Of a stretch of 64,000 nt of DNA, positions 62,399-64,000 are shown piece after piece; the stretch's first letter is position 1, and the number at the start of each line of letters is the position of its first letter. Source of the DNA: the human T2T-CHM13v2.0 reference genome, Homo sapiens; the NCBI RefSeq assembly GCF_009914755.1, contig NC_060932.1; one strand, given 5' to 3'. Position numbers and translations under genes: made by a program. The notes under the pieces are model-generated. The model did no database searches. It saw only the letters and a list, made by a program, of their open reading frames with translations, and was not told where the DNA came from.

Positions 62399-64000
<1,602 letters not shown>

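Overview
Primate (almost certainly human) genomic DNA, rich in Alu, L1, L2, MIR, LTR and DNA-transposon relics. One protein-coding gene is supported. It is the 3' half of NUGGC (SLIP-GC, nuclear GTPase of germinal centres) on the minus strand. I reconstructed ten GT-AG exons by hand (62166-62255 down to 29527-29672). Their phases are consistent and they join into a stop-free 424-codon frame ending ...[14 protein letters not shown]. The 3' UTR runs to AATAAA signals near 28.2 kb. The 5' part of the gene lies beyond the right edge. Positions 1-28 kb are intergenic (from recalled synteny, upstream of SCARA5) and dense in solo LTRs. Nearly all ORFs in the supplied track are repeat or low-complexity artefacts. 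I found no wholly new gene system. The most notable structures are: inverted Alus in the NUGGC 3' UTR; a near-perfect 68-nt intronic hairpin; a 268-bp templated insertion copied from about 4 kb away; a possible in-frame 405-nt circRNA; an inverted LTR8-family pair; an LTR18A with intact bZIP motifs; a perfect 70-bp tandem duplication; and a minimal poly(A) retro-insertion. Repeat family names come from recalled consensus sequences and repeat boundaries are approximate.
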